A stretch of 64,000 bases of DNA, taken from NCBI RefSeq assembly GCF_963921235.1, contig NC_086097.1, forward strand, positions 120,220,001-120,284,000, given 5' to 3'. This stretch comes from Mobula hypostoma. Its lineage: Eukaryota. A program made the translations under genes and the position numbers. This document shows, piece by piece, positions 62,036 through 64,000 of this stretch; within the stretch, counting starts at the first letter, position 1, and every line of letters starts with the position of its first letter. The notes under the pieces are model-generated. The model was not told the DNA's origin and ran no database searches. It worked only from the letters and a program-made list of their open reading frames with translations.

Positions 62036-62554
62036 TGAAGGAAGAGTTGTGTAGAGTGGACCGAGAAAACAGGGAAAGGTCAGTAGGTAAAAAATAGCAT
62101 ATATTAAAGCAGCTGTTTAATGATCCTCAGCAGAAATTTATCCCAATTAGAAAGATGGGACTCAATAAGAAAAACAAAGCATTAGGTTTAACAAATAATG
62201 CCGAGGGAAGTATTGAATCAAATCAAATCAAAATGAATGCATACAAAGAAGCAAAATCCAGTGGTGGGCTGGAAGTGTGGGATTTTTTTCATAAGTAGCA
62301 GCAAGAGACTGAAAATCTAATAAGGCAGCAGAATATTGATTGTAAAAGAAAACTTTAAGTAATTACAAAACAAACAGTGGGAGTTTGTGTGAATATATAA
62401 AAATGAAGAGAGTAGCTATGGTAAGCATGGGATCCCTACAGGGTGAGAACGAGGAATTAATAAGCAAGAAAATAGTAGATAATTTAAATGAATACTTTAG
62501 ATCAATCGGCACAGTGTAGGACACTGCAAATATGAAAAAGGTAAGAAATATAAA

Positions 62555-64000
62555 AACATAGAAAACCAACAGCACAATACAGGCCCTTCAGCCCACAATG
62601 CTGTGCCAAACATGTACTTACCTTAGAAATTAGGTAAGGTTAACCATAGCTCTTTATTTTTCTAAGCTCCATGTACCTATCCAGGAGTCTCTCAAAAGAC
62701 CCTATTGCATCCGCCTCCACTACCATCACCGGCAGCCTATTCCACGCACTCACCAATTTCTGCGTAAAAAAAACTTACCCCTGGCGTCTCCTCTGTATCT
62801 ACTTCCAATCACCTTAATACTGTGTCCTCCCGTGATAACCATTTCAGCCCTGGGCCTCTGACTATCCACATGATCAATGCCTCTCATTATCTTGTACACC
62901 TCTATCAGGTCACATCTCATCCTCTGTAGATACAAGGAGATAAGGCCAAGTTCACTCAACCTATTTTCATAAGACATGCTCCCCAATCCAGGCAACATCC
63001 TTGTAAATCTCCTCTGCATCCTTTCAATAGTTTCTACACCCTTACCGTAGTGAGGTGCAGGGGTGCAGTGCTAATTTTTTAGGTGCCGGAGATGACAAAT
63101 TCAAAATCAAAAGCCACTTCCTATATCCTCTCTATATATATGTCATACCCAATTTGTGTACCAGCCGTGATACGGCTCAGGATTCCACTGAACTAGAGGA
63201 GGTCCGTGTAGGTTAACAAACATAAGTGATGATACATGCTCTATGAGAATTCTTGAGCGTGTTGTTATTATCCAGTTCTAGTGACTGAATCCTCTCTCAC
63301 ACTCATCAGAACTAATAGGAATAACTTGTGAACAGCTGAGTAATGGGCATATATCTTGGGGGATGCGGCGTCCACGATCCGCCACATAATCTCTGAAGGC
63401 ATTTATTGCAGAGGAAGAAGAAAGCTGAAACCTCTTACAGAGAGATGATATTGCAGCTTCTTCATAATTAGGTGGTATTTCAGCAGGCCAGTTATTTTTA
63501 TCAAGGACACACATTTCATTTAGCAGGGATTTATACATACTTTGAGGTTTAGAAGTTTGAGAATCTTTCAAAGATGTTGCCGTGAACATACAGTGCTGCA
63601 AATTGTTTATAAGACTAGTAAGAAATTGTAGATAAAGGTTACAGCTCCAGGATTTCACCAAAAACAATCAAAAATCCTAATGTAATTAGTGGTATTTTCC
63701 CCACCAGCCACCATCCCCTATCCCCAACCCCCACTTCTGTAAAATTCCCTTTATTTAATATGTGGCCGCTGTTAAATTCCCCGCTTGTTTATTTTGACTT
63801 TTTTTTACAGTGGTGCCGGTGCAGTGCTCCGGTGAGCTCAGGCAGCACTGCACCCCTGGTGAGGTGACCAGATCCAAGCACAGTACACCAAGTGGGGTCT
63901 GACCAGGGTCCTTTATAGCTGCAACATTATCTCTCAGCTCCTAAACTCAATCACACAATTAGTGAAGGCCAATGCACCATTTGTTTTCTTAACCACAGAG
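62555..64000 (-). mobile_element. CR1/HER1 LINE 3' portion, running off the window and interrupted by a hAT element
   Basis: Tail AAACATAGAAAACC; ORF 62750-63019 has QRRFTRMLPGL and DLIEVYKIMRG. Confidence 0.88.
63058..63858 (-). mobile_element. Non-autonomous hAT DNA transposon (801 bp) with a transposase C-terminal remnant
   Basis: Perfect 15-bp TIR CAGGGGTGCAGTGCT; 8-bp TSD GTGAGGTG at 63050-63057 and 63859-63866; ORF 63278-63667 ends VIPISSDECERGFSH, the hAT dimerization motif. Confidence 0.95.

Overview
Eukaryotic (vertebrate) genomic DNA, AT-rich and dominated by transposable elements. The repeat content (HER1/CR1-type LINEs, HE1-type V-SINEs, Rex1/Babar LINEs, Penelope-like elements, Tc1 and hAT MITEs) suggests a cartilaginous fish, probably a ray or shark; this is an inference. 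No prokaryotic genes, rRNA, true tRNA genes or CRISPR arrays are visible, and almost all listed ORFs are retroelement fragments or shadow frames. Main elements: deeply nested LINE insertions (1-10.7 kb and 46-54 kb); a decayed near-full-length R4/Dong-type retrotransposon inserted in a TAA-rich target (2769-6839); short RTE-derived elements whose 5' ends fold like HDV ribozymes, with covariation between copies; many Penelope tails carrying hammerhead-ribozyme cores, including a head-to-head pair; a Mag-type Gypsy element (26266-30030); a Gmr1-type Gypsy element with an inverted RT/PPT/3'-LTR end (31595-36927); a three-LTR tandem non-autonomous element with minisatellite-filled LTRs (38888-42460); a young CR1 whose ORF2 is broken by one frameshift (51179-54067); and a hAT element with perfect TIRs and an 8-bp TSD (63058-63858). 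The best non-TE candidates are a minus-strand terminal coding exon of an unidentified host gene (18665-18862) and a Pbx/Hox/Meis motif cluster (about 25275-25326). All calls were made by eye, and boundaries of old elements are approximate.
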